A DNA stretch of 45,851 nucleotides from Ignavibacteriota bacterium (GTDB taxonomy: Bacteria; Bacteroidota; Ignavibacteria; Tepidaquicellales; Tepidaquicellaceae). Below are positions 45,048 through 45,851 of the stretch, piece by piece. Position 1 is the first letter of the stretch, and every line of letters begins with the position of its first letter. The translations under genes were made by a program, and so were the position numbers. The notes beneath the pieces were generated by a model. The model did no database searches. It saw only the letters and a program-made list of their open reading frames with translations, and was not told the DNA's origin. The stretch lies in NCBI GenBank assembly GCA_003158365.1, contig PMIW01000054.1:1-45851 (forward strand). Reading direction: 5' to 3'.

Positions 45048-45851
45048 ATGCAAAAGACGGTCTCATTACATACGCTTGGATGCAAATTGAATTACAGCGA
45101 AACATCGGGCATTGCGAAACAGTTTCAAAAGAGTGGAATCACTTTAAAGGAATACGGAGAGAAAACAGATATTTTTGTTCTTAATACGTGCAGTGTTACA
45201 AATAATGCCGATAAAGAGTGCAAGCAGATTATTAGAAGTGTAATCCGTAATAATCCCGAAACTTATGTCATAATAACAGGCTGTTATGCCCAGCTTCAGC
45301 CGGGTGAAATAGCCTCAATCGATGGCGTGGATTTAATTCTCGGCACGAATGAGAAATTCAAACTGTTCGATTACATAGAAAATTTCGACAGTGAGAATTT
45401 ATCGTGTTTCGGGAAAAAACATCACGCAGATGTTTTCGTGTCCCCGCTCGACGGCTCGGATTATATCGGTGAGGCATATTCTTCTGATGTGGATTCAAGA
45501 ACCCGCGCATTCCTGAAAATTCAGGACGGTTGCGACTATAACTGCGTATTCTGCACAATACCGCTCGCACGGGGGAAATCACGCAGTCTCGCAATTGAAA
45601 AAGTTATCGAGAATGCACAAAAAATTATAGATTCTGGTTATAAAGAAATTATATTAACCGGTGTTAACACAGGTGATTATGGATTTACAGACGGCGAAAA
45701 GAATTATGAATTTCTGGATGTTCTTTATAAATTAGATAAGCTCGATATTAAGAGAATAAGGATTAGCTCCATTGAGCCGAATTTACTGACAGACGACATC
45801 ATTGACCTTGTAAATTCTTCTTCAAAATTCTGCAATCATTTTCATATTCCA
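45048..45851 (+). CDS. mtaB: tRNA t6A37 methylthiotransferase MtaB-like radical-SAM enzyme (5' part, runs off the window)
   Basis: An open frame runs from ATG 45048 to the window end. It has MQKTVSLHTLGCKLNYSETSG (UPF0004 domain), LNTCSVT and the radical-SAM cluster motif CDYNCVFCTIP. It is absent from the ORF track because no stop is reached. Confidence 0.8.
   Translation, partial: MQKTVSLHTLGCKLNYSETSGIAKQFQKSGITLKEYGEKTDIFVLNTCSVTNNADKECKQIIRSVIRNNPETYVIITGCYAQLQPGEIASIDGVDLILGTNEKFKLFDYIENFDSENLSCFGKKHHADVFVSPLDGSDYIGEAYSSDVDSRTRAFLKIQDGCDYNCVFCTIPLARGKSRSLAIEKVIENAQKIIDSGYKEIILTGVNTGDYGFTDGEKNYEFLDVLYKLDKLDIKRIRISSIEPNLLTDDIIDLVNSSSKFCNHFHIP

Overview
This is an AT-rich, tightly packed 45.9-kb bacterial chromosome segment (roughly one-third GC judged by eye, not computed). 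Ten proteins end in the same ~85-aa C-terminal module (..QNYPNPFNP..VYDLLGRE..G.YFY..KKM.LIK-stop). This is the type-A sorting domain of the type IX secretion system (T9SS). Together with the low GC, it points to the FCB superphylum, with an Ignavibacteria-like organism as my best guess (inference only).

The left ~30 kb (767-30086) is an accessory-looking island dominated by exported hydrolases:
- a secreted DUF1028 protein
- a secreted C1 (PepC-like) cysteine peptidase
- a VPS10/sortilin-like protein with 10 Asp-boxes
- a 1410-aa S8 subtilase carrying an FG-GAP propeller
- four M1 aminopeptidases, two of them a tandem pair
- two tandem M14 pro-carboxypeptidases
- an amidohydrolase
- a two-gene module: a 5x FN3-like repeat protein ending in a dockerin-like double EF-hand, followed by a small T9SS-anchored beta-domain protein

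The only long 'spacer' in the island holds a decayed orphan T9SS sorting-domain pseudogene on the opposite strand.

The right ~16 kb is housekeeping: HAD phosphatase, gpmA, a thioredoxin-like protein, cdsA, a CPBP protease, an M50 site-2 protease, an MFS transporter, pgeF, arfB, a PD40 protein, metF, a truncated Nif3-like protein, a COG1579 zinc-ribbon protein, RNase P RNA (rnpB), nadA, a nucleotidyltransferase, a NifU-like protein and the 5' part of mtaB.

I saw no CRISPR array, tRNA, rRNA, transposase or integrase. All family calls come from motif recognition in the supplied translations. No database search was run.
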